Origin: the human T2T-CHM13v2.0 reference genome, Homo sapiens
Assembly: GCF_009914755.1 (NCBI RefSeq)
Contig: NC_060948.1
Reading direction: 5' to 3' (one strand)
Length of the DNA: 64,000 nt
Part shown: piece by piece, positions 63,428-64,000 of the stretch
How positions within the stretch are numbered: position 1 is the first letter of the stretch
Layout: the number at the start of each line of letters is the position of its first letter
The notes under the pieces: model-generated
Told to the model about the DNA's origin: nothing
Databases searched by the model: none
What the model saw: the letters and a program-made list of their open reading frames with translations, nothing else
Translations under genes and position numbers: made by a program

Positions 63428-63798
63428 CATGAAAACAGACTAATACAGTAAATTTTTACAAAGAGTGAGGTGCTGCTGAAAAGATACCTGAAAATGTGGA
63501 AGTGACTTTGAAACTGGGTAATAGGCAGATATTGGGATAGTTTGGAGGGCTCAGAAAAAGAGAGAAAATGTGAGAAAGTTTGGAACTTCCTAGAGACTTG
63601 TTGAACGGCTTTGACAGAAATACTGATAGTGATATGAACAATAGGTCTGGACTGGGGTGGTCTCAGATGGAGAGGAGTAACTTGTTGGAACTGCAGCAAA
63701 GGTGACTCTTGTTATCTTTTAGCAAAGAGACTGGCAGCATATTGCCCCTGCCCTGAAGATTTGTGAAACTTTGAACTTGAGAGAGATGATACAGGGTA
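63428..63798 (+). mobile_element. THE1 fragment (last 20 bp of LTR plus start of internal region)
   Basis: catgaaaacagactaataca|gtaaat..gctgctgaaaagatacctgaaaatgtggaagtgactttg..tttggaacttcctagagacttgttgaa. Confidence 0.85.
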
Positions 63799-63803
63799 GC
63801 ATT

Positions 63804-64000
63804 CTCAGGGGGTATGCTTGCAGCTACAGGAAGATGTATGGGAATAGACACACAACTCTCCCTCCCAGATAAGCACAACAAAGTGACACAGAAGCAGTCC
63901 AAGCCTCTGATATACTCTTCCGGACTGAATTCTTAGAATCTATTTGTGTGAAAGAGATTGTTTCTTGAACTAACTCGACCAGAAAACCCTCTCAGGTTTG
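63804..64000 (+). mobile_element. MER41C/D-like LTR, 3' half (runs off window)
   Basis: Homologous to the reverse complement of ~17720-17920 (aagatgtatgggaa..ctctccctcccaga.aagcaca..gaagcagtccaagcctctgata). Confidence 0.82.

Overview
Primate genomic DNA, almost certainly human because it carries two AluYb8 copies, and probably from chromosome Y. The first 1.6 kb is a GC-rich, intron-containing TSPY-family pseudogene on the minus strand. The rest is AT-rich, apparently gene-free and dominated by retroelements. It holds a 5'-inverted L1PA2, about 11 Alus, solo LTRs, MER1A, a rearranged HERV9/LTR12 provirus nested in an L1, an HML-5 (HERVK22) provirus lacking its 5' LTR, and an L1PA7/8 split by a 2.7 kb TA-rich minisatellite. 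No intact protein-coding gene, RNA gene or new biological system is supported. The 580-780 aa ORFs are low-complexity artefacts. The most interesting observations are structural: a young templated insertion inside the HERV9, a second foreign RNase H in the same provirus, a duplication and hairpin architecture around the minisatellite, and a nested AluYb8 half-element. All family assignments come from recalled consensus sequences, not from a database search.
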